A stretch of DNA of 64,000 bases from NCBI GenBank assembly GCA_964016885.1, contig OZ024744.1, forward strand, positions 114,948,001 through 115,012,000. The letters are read 5' to 3'. Position numbers and translations under genes: made by a program. Origin of the DNA: Eledone cirrhosa (Eukaryota). The notes beneath the pieces were generated by a model, which saw nothing but the letters and a program-made list of their open reading frames with translations, had not been told where the DNA came from and did not search any database. Below, piece by piece: positions 1-12,400 of this stretch (position 1 is the first letter of the stretch; the number at the start of each line of letters is the position of its first letter).

Positions 1-1
1 T

Positions 2-3000
2 TGTCATCATTTCTGTTGTCTGACTTGTCGCTGTTGCTGCTGCGGTTGGTGTTGTCAGCATTTCTGTTGTCTGACTTGTCGCTGTTGCTGCTGCGGTTGG
101 TGTTGTCATCATTTCTGTTGTCTGTCTTGTCGCTGTTGCTGCTGTGGTTGGTGTTGTCATCATTTCTGTTGTCTGACTTGTCGCTGTTGCTGCTGCGGTT
201 GGTGTTGTCATCATTTCTGTTGTCTGTCTTGTCGCTGTTGCTGCTGTAGTTGGTGTTGTCATCATTTCTGTTGTCTGACTTGTCGCTGTTGCTGCTGCGG
301 TTGGTGTTGTCATCATTTCTGTTGTCTGACTTGTCGCTGTTGCTGCTGCGGTTGGTGTTGTCATTGTTTCTGTTGTCTGTCTTGTCGCTGTTGCTGCTGC
401 GGTTGGTGTTGTCATCATTTCTGTTGTCTGACTTGTCACTGTTGCTGCTGCGGTTGGTGTTGTCATCATTTCTGTTGTCTGACTTGTCGCTGTTGCTGCT
501 GCGGTTGGTGTTGTCATCATTTCTGTTGTCTGACTTGTCGCTGTTGCTGCTGCGGTTGGTGTTGTCGTCATTTCTGTTGTCTGACTTGTCGCTGTTGCTG
601 CTGCGGTTGGTGTTGTCATTGTTTCTGTTGTCTGACTTGTCGCTGTTGCTGCTGCGGTTGGTGTTGTCATTGTTTCTGTTGTCTGACTTGTCGCTGTTGC
701 TGTTGCGGTTGGTGTTGTCATCATTTCTGTTGTCTGAGTTGTCCCTGTTGCTGCTACGGTTGGTGTTGTCATCATTTCTGTTGTCTGACTTGTCGCTGTT
801 GCTGCTGCGGTTGGTGTTGTCATTGTTTCTGTTGTCTGACTTGTCGCTGTTGCTGCTGCGGTTGGTGTTGTCATCATTTCTGTTGTCTGTCTTGTCGCTG
901 TTGCTGCTGCGGTTGGTGTTGTCATTGTTTCTGTTGTCTGACTTGTCGCTGTTGCTGCTGCGGTTGGTGTTGTCATCATTTCTGTTGTCTGTCTTGTCGC
1001 TGTTGCTGCTGCGGTTGGTGTTGTCATCATTTCTGTTGTCTGACTTGTCGCTGTTGCTGCTGCGGTTGGTGTTGTCATCATTTCTGTTGTCTGACTTGTC
1101 GCTGTTGCTGCTGCGGTTGGTGTTGTCATTGTTTCTGTTGTCTGACTTGTCGCTGTTGCTGCTGCGGTTGGTGTTGTCATCATTTCTGTTGTCTGACTTG
1201 TCGCTGTTGCTGCTGCGGTTGGTGTTGTCATCATTTCTGTTGTCTGACTTGTCGCTGCTGCTGCTGCGGTTGGTGTTGTCATCGTTTCTGTTGTCTGACT
1301 TGTCGCTGTTGCTGCAGCGGTTGGTGTTGTCATCATTTCTGTTGTCTGACTTGTCGCTGTTGCTGCTGCGGTTGGTGTTGTCATTGTTTCTGTTGTCTGA
1401 CTTGTCGCTGTTGCTGCTGCGGTTGGTGTTGTCATTGTTTCTGTTGTCTGACTTGTCGCTGTTGCTGCTGCGGTTGGTGTTGTCATTGTTTCTGTTGTCT
1501 GACTTATCGCTGTTGCTGCTGCGGTTGGTGTTGTCATCATTTCTGTTGTCTGACTTGTCGCTGTTGCTGCTGCGGTTGGTGTTGTCATTGTTTCTGTTGT
1601 CTGACTTGTCGCTGTTGCTGCTGCGGTTGGTGTTGTCATCGTTTCTGTTGTCTGACTTGTCGCTGTTGCTGCTGCGGTTGGTGTTGTCATCATTTCTGTT
1701 GTCTGACTTGTCGCTGTTGCTGCTGCGGTTGGTGTTGTCATCATTTCTGTTGTCTGACTTGTCGCTGTTGCTGCTGCGGTTGGTGTTGTCATTGTTTCTG
1801 TTGTCTGACTTGTCGCTGTTGCTGCTGCGGTTGGTGTTGTCATCATTTCTGTTGTCTGACTTGTCGCTGCTGCTGCTGCGGTTGGTGTTGTCATCATTTC
1901 TGTTGTCTGACTTGTCGCTGTTGCTGCTGCGGTTGGTGTTGTCATCATTTCTGTTGTCTGACTTGTCGCTGTTGCTGCTGCGGTTGGTGTTGTCATCATT
2001 TCTGTTGTCTGACTTGTCGCTGCTGCTGCTGCGGTTGGTGTTGTCATCATTTCTGTTGTCTGACTTGTCGCTGCTGCTGCTACGGTTGGTGTTGTCATCA
2101 TTTCTGTTGTCTGACTTGTCGCTGTTGCTGCTGCGGTTGGTGTTGTCATCATTTCTGTTGTCTGACTTGTCGCTGTTGCTGCTGCGGTTGGTGTTGTCAT
2201 CATTTCTGTTGTCTGACTTGTCGCTGTTGCTGCTGCGGTTGGTGTTGTCATCATTTCTGTTGTCTGACTTGTCGCTGTTGCTGCTGCGGTTGGTGTTGTC
2301 ATCATTTCTGTTGTCTGACTTGTCGCTGTTGCTGCTGCGGTTGGTGTTGTCATCATTTCTGTTGTCTGACTTGTCGCTGTTGCTGCTGCGGTTGGTGTTG
2401 TCATCGTTTCTGTTGTCTGACTTGTCGCTGTTGCTGCTGCGGTTGGTGTTGTCATTGTTTCTGTTGTCTGACTTGTCGCTGTTGCTGCTGCGGTTGGTGT
2501 TGTCATTGTTTCTGTTGTCTGACTTGTCGCTGTTGCTGCTGCGGTTGGTGTTGTCATTGTTTCTGTTGTCTGACTTGTCGCTGTTGCTGCTGCGGTTGGT
2601 GTTGTCATCATTTCTGTTGTCTGACTTGTCGCTGCTGCTGCTGCGGTTGGTGTTGTCATCATTTCTGTTGTCTGACTTGTCGCTGCTGCTGCTGCGGTTG
2701 GTGTTGTCATCGTTTCTGTTGTCTGACTTGTCGCTGTTGCTGCAGCGGTTGGTGTTGTCATCATTTCTGTTGTCTGACTTGTCGCTGTTGCTGCTGCGGT
2801 TGGTGTTGTCATTGTTTCTGTTGTCTGACTTGTCGCTGTTGCTGCTGCGGTTGGTGTTGTCATCATTTCTGTTGTCTGACTTGTCGCTGCTGCTGCTGCG
2901 CTTGGTGTTGTCATCGTTTCTGTTGTCTGTCTTGTCGCTGTTGCTGCTGCGGTTGGTGTTGTCATCATTTCTGTTGTCTGTCTTGTCGCTGTTGCTGCTG

Positions 3001-5068
3001 CGGTTGGTGTTGTCATCATTTCTGTTGTCTGACCTGTCGCTGTTGCTGCTGCGGTTGGTGTTGTCATTGTTTCTGTTCTCTGACTTGTCGCTGTTGCTGC
3101 TGCGGTTGGTGTTGTCATTGTTTCTGTTGTCTGACTTGTCGCTATTGCTGCTGTGGTTGGTGTTGTCATCATTTCTGTTGTCTGACTTGTCGCTGTTGCT
3201 GCTGCGGTTGGTGTTGTCATCATTTCTGTTGTCTGACTTGTCGCTGTTGCTGCTGCGGTTGGTGTTGTCATCGTTTCTGTTGTCTGTCTTGTCGCTGTTG
3301 CTGCTGCGGTTGGTGTTGTCATCATTTCTGTTGTATGTCTTGTCGCTGTTGCTGCTGCGGTTGGTGTTGTCATCATTTCTGTTGTCTGACCTGTCGCTGT
3401 TGCTGCTGCGGTTGGTGTTGTCATTGTTTCTGTTGTCTGACTTGTCGCTGTTGCTGCTGCGGTTGGTGTTGTCATTGTTTCTGTTGTCTGTCTTGTCGCT
3501 GTTGCTGCTGCGGTTGGTGTTGTCATCATTTCTGTTGTCTGACTTGTCGCTGTTGCTGCTGCGGTTGGTGTTGTCATCATTTCTGTTGTCTGTCTTGTCG
3601 CTGTTGCTGCTGCGGTTGGTGTTGTCATCATTTCTGTTGTCTGACTTGTCGCTGTTGCTGCTGCGGTTGGTGTTGTCATCATTTCTGTTGTCTGTCTTGT
3701 CGCTGTTGCTGCTGCGGTTGGTGTTGTCATCATTTCTGTTGTCTGACTTGTCGCTGTTGCTGCTGCGGTTGGTGTTGTCATCATTTCTGTTGTCTGACTT
3801 GTCGCTGTTGCTGCTGCAGTTGGTGTTGTCATTGTTTCTGTTGTCTGTCTTGTCGCTGTTGCTGCTGCGGTTGGTGTTGTCATCATTTCTGTTGTCTGAC
3901 TTGTCGCTGTTGCTGCTGCGGTTGGTGTTGTCATCATTTCTGTTGTCTGACTTGTCGCTGTTGCTGCTGCGGTTGGTGTTGTCATTGTTTCTGTTGTCTG
4001 ACTTGTCGCTGTTGCTGCTGCGGTTGGTGTTGTCATTGTTTCTGTTGTCTGACTTGTCGCTGTTGCTGCTGCGGTTGGTGTTGTCATTGTTTCTGTTGTC
4101 TGACTTGTCGCTGTTGCTGCTGCGGTTGGTGTTGTCATCATTTCTGTTGTCTGACTTGTCGCTGTTGCTGCTGCGGTTGGTGTTGTCATCATTTCTGTTG
4201 TCTGACTTGTCGCTGTTGCTGCTGCGGTTGGTGTTGTCATTGTTTCTGTTGTCTGACTTGTCGCTGTTGCTGCTGCGGTTGGTGTTGTCATCATTTCTGT
4301 TGTCTGACTTGTCGCTGTTGCTGCTGCGGTTGGTGTTGTCATCATTTCTGTTGTCTGTCTTGTCGCTGTTGCTGCTGCGGTTGGTGTTGTCATCATTTCT
4401 GTTGTCTGAGTTGTCGCTGTTGCTGCTGCGGTTGGTGTTGTCATCATTTCTGTTGTCTGACTTGTCGCTGTTACTGTTGCGGTTGGTGTTGTCATCATTT
4501 CTGTTGTCTGACTTGTCGCTGTTGCTGCTGCGATTGGTGTTGTCATCATTTCTGTTGTCTGACTCGTCGCTGTTGCTGCTGCGGTTGGTGTTGTCATTGT
4601 TTCTGTTGGCTGACTTGTCGCTGTTGCTGCTGCGGTTGGTGTTGTCATCGTTTCTGTTGTCTGAGTTGTCGCTGTTGCTGCTGCGGTTGGTGTTGTCATC
4701 GTTTCTGTTGTCTGACTTGTCGCTGTTGCTGCTGCGGTTGGTGTTGTCATCATTTCTGTTGTCTGTCTTGTCGCTGTTGCTGCTGCGGTTGGTGTTGTCA
4801 TCATTTCTGTTGTCTGACTTGTCGCTGTTGCTGCTGCGGTTGGTGTTGTCATCATTTCTGTTGTCTGACTTGTCGCTGTTGCTGCTGCGGTTGGTGTTGT
4901 CATCATTTTTGTTGTCTGTCTTGTGGCTGTTGCTGCTGCGGTTGGTGTTGTCATCATTTCTGTTGTCTGACTTGTCGCTGTTGCTGCTGCGGTTGGTGTT
5001 GTCATCATTTCTGTTGTCTGACTTGTCGCTGTTGCTGCTGCGGTTGGTGTTGTCATCATTTCTGTTGT
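2..5068 (-). CDS. Putative mucin-like PTS repeat domain, segment 7; open off the left window edge
   Basis: Same frame as 5069..9493, continuing past the TAG. I saw no further stop by eye. It is absent from the ORF track because it runs off the window. Confidence 0.4.
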
Positions 5069-8000
5069 CTAACTTGTCGCTGTTGCTGCTGCGGTTGGTG
5101 TTGTCATTGTTTCTGTTGTCTGACTTGTCGCTGTTGCTGCTGTGGTTGGTGTTGTCATTGTTTCTGTTGTCTGACTTGTCGCTGTTGCTACTGCGGTTGG
5201 TATTGTCATTGTTTCTGTTGTCTGACTTGTCGCTGTTGCTGCTGCGGTTGGTGTTGTCATTGTTTCTGTTGTCTGTCTTGTCGCTGTTGCTGCTGCGGTT
5301 GGTGTTGTCACCATTTCTGTTGTCTGACTTGTCGCTGTTGCTGCTGTGGTTGGTGTTGTCATTGTTTCTGTTGTCTGTCTTGTCGCTGTTGCTGCTGCGG
5401 TTGGTGTTGTCATTGTTTCTGTTGTCTGTCTTGTCGCTGTTGCTGCTGCGGTTGGTGTTGTCATCATTTCTGTTGTCTGACTTGTCGCTGTTGCTGCTGC
5501 GGTTGGTTTTGTCATTGTTTCTGTTGTCTGACTTGTCGCTGTTGCTGCTGTGGTTGGTGTTGTCATCATTTCTGTTGTCTGACTTGTCGCTGTTGCTGCT
5601 GCGGTTGGTGTTGTCATCATTTCTGTTGTCTGAGTTGTCGCTGTTGCTGCTGCGGTTGGTGTTGTCATCGTTTCTGTTGTCTGACTTGTCGCTGTTGCTG
5701 CTGCGGTTGGTGTTGTCATTGTTTCTGTTGTCTGTCTTGTCGCTGTTGCTGCTACGGTTGGTGTTGTCGTCATTTCTGTTGTCTGACCTGTCGCTGTTGC
5801 TGCTGCGGTTGGTGTTGTCATTGTTTGTGTTGTCTGACTTGTCGCTGTTGCTGCTGCGGTTGGTGTTGTCATCATTTCTGTTGTCTGACTTGTCGCTGTT
5901 GCTGCTGCGGTTGGTGTTGTCATCATTTCTGTTGTCTGTCTTGTCGCTGTTGCTGCTGCGGTTGGTGTTGTCATCATTTCTGTTGTCTGACTTGTCGCTG
6001 TTGCTGCTGCGGTTGGTGTTGTCATTGTTTCTGTTGTCTGACTTGTCGCTGTTGCTGCTGCGGTTGGTGTTGTCATCATTTCTGTTGTCTGTCTTGTCGC
6101 TGTTGCTGCTGCGGTTGGTGTTGTCATCATTTCTGTTGTCTGACCTGTCGCTGTTGCTGCTGCGGTTGGTGTTGTCATTGTTTCTGTTGTCTGACTTGTC
6201 GCTGTTGCTGCTGCGGTTGGTGTTGTCATTGTTTCTGTTGTCTGACTTGTCGCTGTTGCTGCTGCGGTTGGTGTTGTCATTGTTTCTGTTGTCTGACTTG
6301 TCGCTGTTGCTGCTGTGGTTGGTGTTGTCATCATTTCTGTTGTCTGACTTGTCGCTGTTGCTGCTGCGGTTGGTGTTGTCATCATTTCTGTTGTCTGACT
6401 TGTCGCTGTTGCTGCTGCGGTTGGTGTTGTCATCGTTTCTGTTGTCTGACTTGTCGCTGTTGCTGCTGCGGTTGGTGTTGTCATTGTTTCTGTTGTCTGT
6501 CTTGTCGCTGTTGCTGCTGCGGTTGGTGTTGTCGTCATTTCTGTTGTCTGACCTGTCGCTGTTGCTGCTGCGGTTGGTGTTGTCATTGTTTGTGTTGTCT
6601 GACTTGTCGCTGTTGCTGCTGCGGTTGGTGTTGTCATCATTTCTGTTGTCTGACTTGTCGATGTTGCTGCTGCGGTTGGTGTTGTCATCATTTCTGTTGT
6701 CTGTCTTGTCGCTGTTGCTGCTGCGGTTGGTGTTGTCATCATTTCTGTTGTCTGACTTGTCGCTGTTGCTGCTGCGGTTGGTGTTGTCATTGTTTCTGTT
6801 GTCTGACTTGTCGCTGTTGCTGCTGCGGTTGGTGTTGTCATCATTTCTGTTGTCTGTCTTGTCGCTGTTGCTGCTGCGGTTGGTGTTGTCATCATTTCTG
6901 TTGTCTGACCTGTCGCTGTTGCTGCTGCGGTTGGTGTTGTCATTGTTTCTGTTGTCTGACTTGTCGCTGTTGCTGCTGCGGTTGGTGTTGTCATTGTTTC
7001 TGTTGTCTGACTTGTCGCTGTTGCTGCTGCGGTTGGTGTTGTCATTGTTTCTGTTGTCTGACTTGTCGCTGTTGCTGCTGCGGTTGGTGTTGTCATCATT
7101 TCTGTTGTCTGACTTGTCGCTGTTGCTGCTGCGGTTGGTGTTGTCATCATTTCTGTTGTCTGACTTGTCGCTGTTGCTGCTGCGGTTGGTGTTGTCATTG
7201 TTTCTGTTGTCTGACTTGTCGCTGTTGCTGCTGCGGTTGGTGTTGTCATCATTTCTGTTGTCTGTCTTGTCGCTGTTGCTGCTGCGGTTGGTGTTGTCAT
7301 CATTTCTGTTGTCTGAGTTGTCGCTGTTGCTGCTGCGGTTGGTGTTGTCATCATTTCTGTTGTCTGACTTGTCGCTGTTACTGCTGCGGTTGGTGTTGTC
7401 ATCATTTCTGTTGTCTGACTTGTCGCTGTTGCTGCTGCGGTTGGTGTTGTCATCATTTCTGTTGTCTGACTTGTCGCTGTTGCTGCTGCGGTTGGTGTTG
7501 TCATTGTTTCTGTTGTCTGACTTGTCGCTGTTGCTGCTGCGGTTGGTGTTGTCATCGTTTCTGTTGTCTGAGTTGTCGCTGTTGCTGCTGCGGTTGGTGT
7601 TGTCATCGTTTCTGTTGTCTGACTTGTCGCTGTTGCTGCTGCGGTTGGTGTTGTCATCATTTCTGTTGTCTGTCTTGTCGCTGTTGCTGCTGCGGTTGGT
7701 GTTGTCATCATTTCTGTTGTCTGACTTGTCGCTGTTGCTGCTGCGGTTGGTGTTGTCATCATTTCTGTTGTCTGACTTGTCGCTGTTGCTGCTGCGGTTG
7801 GTGTTGTCATCATTTCTGTTGTCTGTCTTGTGGCTGTTGCTGCTGCGGTTGGTGTTGTCATCATTTCTGTTGTCTGACTTGTCGCTGTTGCTGCTGCGGT
7901 TGGTGTTGTCATCATTTCTGTTGTCTGACTTGTCACTGTTGCTGCTGCGGTTGGTGTTGTCATCATTTCTGTTGTCTGACTTGTCGCTGTTGCTGCTGTG

Positions 8001-9493
8001 GTTGGTGTTGTCATTGTTTCTGTTGTCTGTCTTGTCGCTGTTGCTGCTGTGGTTGGTGTTGTCATCTTTTCTGTTGTCTGACTTGTCACTGTTGCTGCTG
8101 CGGTTGGTGTTGTCATCGTTTCTGTTGTCTGACTTGTCGCTGTTGCTGCTGCGGTTGGTGTTGTCATTGTTTCTGTTGTCTGTCTTGTCGCTGTTGCTGC
8201 TGCGGTTGGTGTTGTCGTCATTTCTGTTGTCTGACCTGTCGCTGTTGCTGCTGCGGTTGGTGTTGTCATTGTTTGTGTTGTCTGACTTGTCGCTGTTGCT
8301 GCTGCGGTTGGTGTTGTCATCATTTCTGTTGTCTGACTTGTCGCTGTGGCTGCTGCGGTTGGTGTTGTCATTGTTTCTGTTGTCTGTCTTGTCGCTGTTA
8401 CTGCTGCGGTTGGTGTTGTCATTGTTTCTGTTGTCTGACTTGTCGCTGTTGCTGCTGTGGTTGGTGTTGTCATAATTTCTGTTGTCTGACTTGTCGCTGT
8501 TGCTGCTGCGGTTGGTGTTGTCATTGTTTCTGTTGTCTGACTTGTCGCTGTTGCTGCTGCGGTTGGTGTTGTCATTGTTTCTGTTGTCTGACTTGTCGCT
8601 GTTGCTGCTGCGGTTGGTGTTGTCATCATTTCTGTTGTCTGTCTTGTCGCTGTTGCTGCTGCGGTTGGTGTTGTCATCATTTCTGTTGTCTGACTTGTCG
8701 CTGTTGCTGCTGCGGTTGGTGTTGTCATCATTTCTGTTGTCTGACCTGTCGCTGTTGCTGCTGCGGTTGGTGTTGTCATCATTTCTGTTGTCTGACTTGT
8801 CGCTGTTGCTGCTGCGGTTGGTGTTGTCATTGTTTCTGTTGTCTGACTTGTCGCTGTTGCTGCTGCGGTTGGTGTTGTCATTGTTTCTGTTGTCTGACTT
8901 GTCGCTGTTGCTGCTGCAGTTGGTGTTGTCATCATTTCTGTTGTCTGACCTGTCGCTGTTGCTGCTGCGGTTGGTGTTGTCATCATTTCTGTTGTCTGAC
9001 TTGTCGCTGTTGCTGCTGCGGTTGGTGTTGTCATTGTTTCTGTTGTCTGAGTTGTCGCTGTTGCTGCTGCGGTTGGTGTTGTCATCATTTCTGTTGTCTG
9101 AGTTGTCGCTGTTGCTGCTGCGGTTGGTGTTGTCATCATTTCTGTTGTCTGTCTTGTCGCTGTTGCTGCTGTGGTTGGTGTTGTCATTGTTTCTCTTGTC
9201 TGTCTTGTCGCTGTTACTGCTGCGGTTGGTGTTGTCATCATTTCTGTTGTCTGTCTTGTCGCTGTTGCTGCTGTGGTTGGTGTTGTCATCATTTCTGTTG
9301 TCTGACTTGTCGCTGTTGCTGCTGCGGTTGGTGTTGTCATCATTTCTGTTGTCTGACTTGTCGCTGTTGCTGCTGCGGTTGGTGTTGTCATCATTTCTGT
9401 TGTCTGACTTGTCGCTGTTGCTGCTGCGGTTGGTGTTGTCATCATTTCTGTTGTCTGACTTGTCGCTGTTGCTGCTGCGGTTGGTGTTGTCAT
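5069..9493 (-). CDS. Putative mucin-like PTS repeat domain, segment 6 (ends at TAG 5069-5071)
   Basis: ORF track, 1474 aa of the same repeat. The stop is CAG>TAG. Confidence 0.45.
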   Translation of the reverse strand: MTTPTAAATATSQTTEMMTTPTAAATATSQTTEMMTTPTAAATATSQTTEMMTTPTAAATATSQTTEMMTTPTTAATATRQTTEMMTTPTAAVTATRQTRETMTTPTTAATATRQTTEMMTTPTAAATATTQTTEMMTTPTAAATATTQTTETMTTPTAAATATSQTTEMMTTPTAAATATGQTTEMMTTPTAAATATSQTTETMTTPTAAATATSQTTETMTTPTAAATATSQTTEMMTTPTAAATATGQTTEMMTTPTAAATATSQTTEMMTTPTAAATATRQTTEMMTTPTAAATATSQTTETMTTPTAAATATSQTTETMTTPTAAATATSQTTEIMTTPTTAATATSQTTETMTTPTAAVTATRQTTETMTTPTAAATATSQTTEMMTTPTAAATATSQTTQTMTTPTAAATATGQTTEMTTTPTAAATATRQTTETMTTPTAAATATSQTTETMTTPTAAATVTSQTTEKMTTPTTAATATRQTTETMTTPTTAATATSQTTEMMTTPTAAATVTSQTTEMMTTPTAAATATSQTTEMMTTPTAAATATRQTTEMMTTPTAAATATSQTTEMMTTPTAAATATSQTTEMMTTPTAAATATRQTTEMMTTPTAAATATSQTTETMTTPTAAATATTQTTETMTTPTAAATATSQTTETMTTPTAAATATSQTTEMMTTPTAAATATSQTTEMMTTPTAAVTATSQTTEMMTTPTAAATATTQTTEMMTTPTAAATATRQTTEMMTTPTAAATATSQTTETMTTPTAAATATSQTTEMMTTPTAAATATSQTTEMMTTPTAAATATSQTTETMTTPTAAATATSQTTETMTTPTAAATATSQTTETMTTPTAAATATGQTTEMMTTPTAAATATRQTTEMMTTPTAAATATSQTTETMTTPTAAATATSQTTEMMTTPTAAATATRQTTEMMTTPTAAATSTSQTTEMMTTPTAAATATSQTTQTMTTPTAAATATGQTTEMTTTPTAAATATRQTTETMTTPTAAATATSQTTETMTTPTAAATATSQTTEMMTTPTAAATATSQTTEMMTTPTTAATATSQTTETMTTPTAAATATSQTTETMTTPTAAATATSQTTETMTTPTAAATATGQTTEMMTTPTAAATATRQTTEMMTTPTAAATATSQTTETMTTPTAAATATSQTTEMMTTPTAAATATRQTTEMMTTPTAAATATSQTTEMMTTPTAAATATSQTTQTMTTPTAAATATGQTTEMTTTPTVAATATRQTTETMTTPTAAATATSQTTETMTTPTAAATATTQTTEMMTTPTAAATATSQTTEMMTTPTTAATATSQTTETMTKPTAAATATSQTTEMMTTPTAAATATRQTTETMTTPTAAATATRQTTETMTTPTTAATATSQTTEMVTTPTAAATATRQTTETMTTPTAAATATSQTTETMTIPTAVATATSQTTETMTTPTTAATATSQTTETMTTPTAAATATS
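5650..7080. repeat. Higher-order tandem duplication, 15 units (765 bp); boundaries approximate
   Basis: The rare variant tttgtg occurs at 5824 and 6589 (offset 765), with a matching tcgtca/gacctg unit immediately before each. Confidence 0.8.
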
Positions 9494-12400
9494 TGTTTCT
9501 GTTGTCTGACTTGCGCTGTTGCTGCTGTGGTTGGTGTTGTCATTGTTTCTGTTGTCTGACTTGTCGCTGTTGCTGCTGCGGTTGGTGTTGTCATTATTTC
9601 TGTTGTCTGACCTGTCGCTGTTGCTGCTGCGGTTGGTGTTGTCATCATTTCTGTTGTCTGACTTGTCGCTGTTGCTGCTGTGGTTGGTGTTGTCATTGTT
9701 TCTGTTGTCTGTCTTGTCGCTGTTGCTGCTGTGGTTGGTGTTGTCATTGTTTCTGTTGTCTGACTTGTCGCTGTTGCTGCTGCGGTTGGTGTTGTCATCA
9801 TTTCTGTTGTCTGACTTGTCGCTGTTGCTGCTGCGGTTGGTGTTGTCATCATTTCTGTTGTCTGACCTGTCGCTGTTACTGCTGCAGTTGGTGTTGTCAT
9901 TGTTTCTGTTGTCTGTCTTGTCGCTGTTGCTGCTGCGGTTGGTGTTGTCATCATTTCTGTTGTCTGACCTGTCGCTGTTGCTGCTGCGGTTGGTGTTGTC
10001 ATCATTTCTGTTGTCTGTCTTGTCGCTGTTGCTGCTGTGGTTGGTGTTGTCATTGTTTCTGTTGTTTGACTTGTCGCTGTTGCTGCTGCGGTTGGTGTTG
10101 TCATTGTTTCTGTTGTCTGTCTTGTCGCTGTTGCTGCTGCGGTTGGTGTTGTCATTGTTTCTGTTGTCTGTCTTGTCGCTGTTGCTGCTGTGGTTGGTGT
10201 TGTCATCATTTCTGTTGTCTGACTTGTCGCTGTTGCTGCTGCGGTTGGTGTTGTCATTGTTTCTGTTGTCTGACTTGTCGCTGTTGCTGCTGCGGTTGGT
10301 GTTGTCATCATTTCTGTTGTCTGTCTTGTCTCTGTTGCTGCTGCGGTTGGTGTTGTCATCATTTCTGTTGTCTGAGTTGTCGCTGTTGCTGCTGCGGTTG
10401 GTGTTGTCATCATTTCTGTTGTCTGACTTGTCGCTGTTACTGCTGCGGTTGGTGTTGTCATCATTTCTGTTGTCTGACTTGTCGCTGTTGCTGCTGCGGT
10501 TGGTGTTGTCATCATTTCTGTTGTCTGACTTGTCGCTGTTGCTGCTGCGGTTGGTGTTGTCATTGTTTCTGTTGTCTGACTTGTCGCTGTTGCTGCTGCG
10601 GTTGGTGTTGTCATCGTTTCTGTTGTCTGAGTTGTCGCTGTTGCTGCTGCGGTTGGTGTTGTCATTGTTTCTGTTGTCTGACTTTTCGCTGTTGCTGCTG
10701 CGGTTGGTGTTGTCATCATTTCTGTTGTCTGTCTTGTCGCTGTTGCTGCTGCGGTTGGTGTTGTCATCATTTCTGTTGTCTGACTTGTCGCTGTTGCTGC
10801 TGCGGTTGGTGTTGTCATCATTTCTGTTGTCTGACTTGTCGCTGTTGCTGCTGCGGTTGGTGTTGTCATCATTTCTGTTGTCTGACTTGTCGCTGTTGCT
10901 GCTGCGGTTGGTGTTGTCATTGTTTCTGTTGTCTGTCTTGTGGCTGTTGCTGCTGCGGTTGGTGTTGTCATCATTTCTGTTGTCTGACTTGTCGCTGTTG
11001 CTGCTGCGGTTGGTGTTGTCATCATTTCTGTTGTCTGACTTGTCGCTGTTGCTGCTGCGGTTGGTGTTGTCATCATTTCTGTTGTCTGACTTGTCGCTGT
11101 TGCTGCTGCGGTTGGTGTTGTCATCATTTCTGTTGTCTGACTTGTCGCTGTTGCTGCTGTGGTTGGTGTTGTCATTGTTTCTGTTGTCTGTCTTGTCGCT
11201 GTTGCTGCTGTGGTTGGTGTTGTCATCATTTCTGTTGTCTGACTTGTCACTGTTGCTGCTGCGGTTGGTGTTGTCATCGTTTCTGTTGTCTGACTTGTCG
11301 CTGTTGCTGCTGCGGTTGGTGTTGTCATTGTTTCTGTTGTCTGTCTTGTCGCTGTTGCTGCTGCGGTTGGTGTTGTCGTCATTTCTGTTGTCTGACCTGT
11401 CACTGTTGCTGCTGCGTTTGGTGTTGTCATTGTTTCTGTTGTCTGACTTGTCGCTGTTGCTGCTGCGGTTGGTGTTGTCATCATTTCTGTTGTCTGACTT
11501 GTCGCTGTTGCTGCTGCGGTTGGTGTTGTCATCATTTCTGTTGTCTGACTTGTCGCTGTTGCTGCTGCGGTTGGTGTTGTCATTGTTTCTGTTGTCTGAC
11601 TTGTCGCTGTTGCTGCTGCGGTTGGTGTTGTCATTGTTTCTGTTGTCTGACTTGTCGCTGTTGCTGCTGCAGTTGGTGTTGTCATCATTTCTGTTGTCTG
11701 ACCTGTCGCTGTTGCTGCTGCGGTTGGTGTTGTCATCATTTCTGTTGTCTGACTTGTCGCTGTTGCTGCTGCGGTTGGTGTTGTCATTGTTTCTGTTGTC
11801 TGAGTTGTCGCCGTTGCTGCTGCGGTTGGTGTTGTCATCATTTCTGTTGTCTGACTTGTCGCTGTTGCTGCTGCGGTTGGTGTTGTCATCATTTCTGTTG
11901 TCTGACTTGTCGCTGTTGCTGCTGCGGTTGGTGTTGTCATTGTTTCTGTTGTCTGTCTTGTGGCTGTTGCTGCTGCGGTTGGTGTTGTCATCATTTCTGT
12001 TGTCTGACTTGTCGCTGTTGCTGCTGCGGTTGGTGTTGTCATCATTTCTGTTGTCTGACTTGTCGCTGTTGCTGCTGCGGTTGGTGTTGTCATCATTTCT
12101 GTTGTCTGACTTGTCGCTGTTGCTGCTGCGGTTGGTGTTGTCATCATTTCTGTTGTCTGACTTGTCGCTGTTGCTGCTGTGGTTGGTGTTGTCATTGTTT
12201 CTGTTGTCTGTCTTGTCGCTGTTGCTGCTGTGGTTGGTGTTGTCATCATTTCTGTTGTCTGACTTGTCACTGTTGCTGCTGCGGTTGGTGTTGTCATCGT
12301 TTCTGTTGTCTGACTTGTCGCTGTTGCTGCTGCGGTTGGTGTTGTCATTGTTTCTGTTGTCTGTCTTGTCGCTGTTGCTGCTGCGGTTGGTGTTGTCGTC

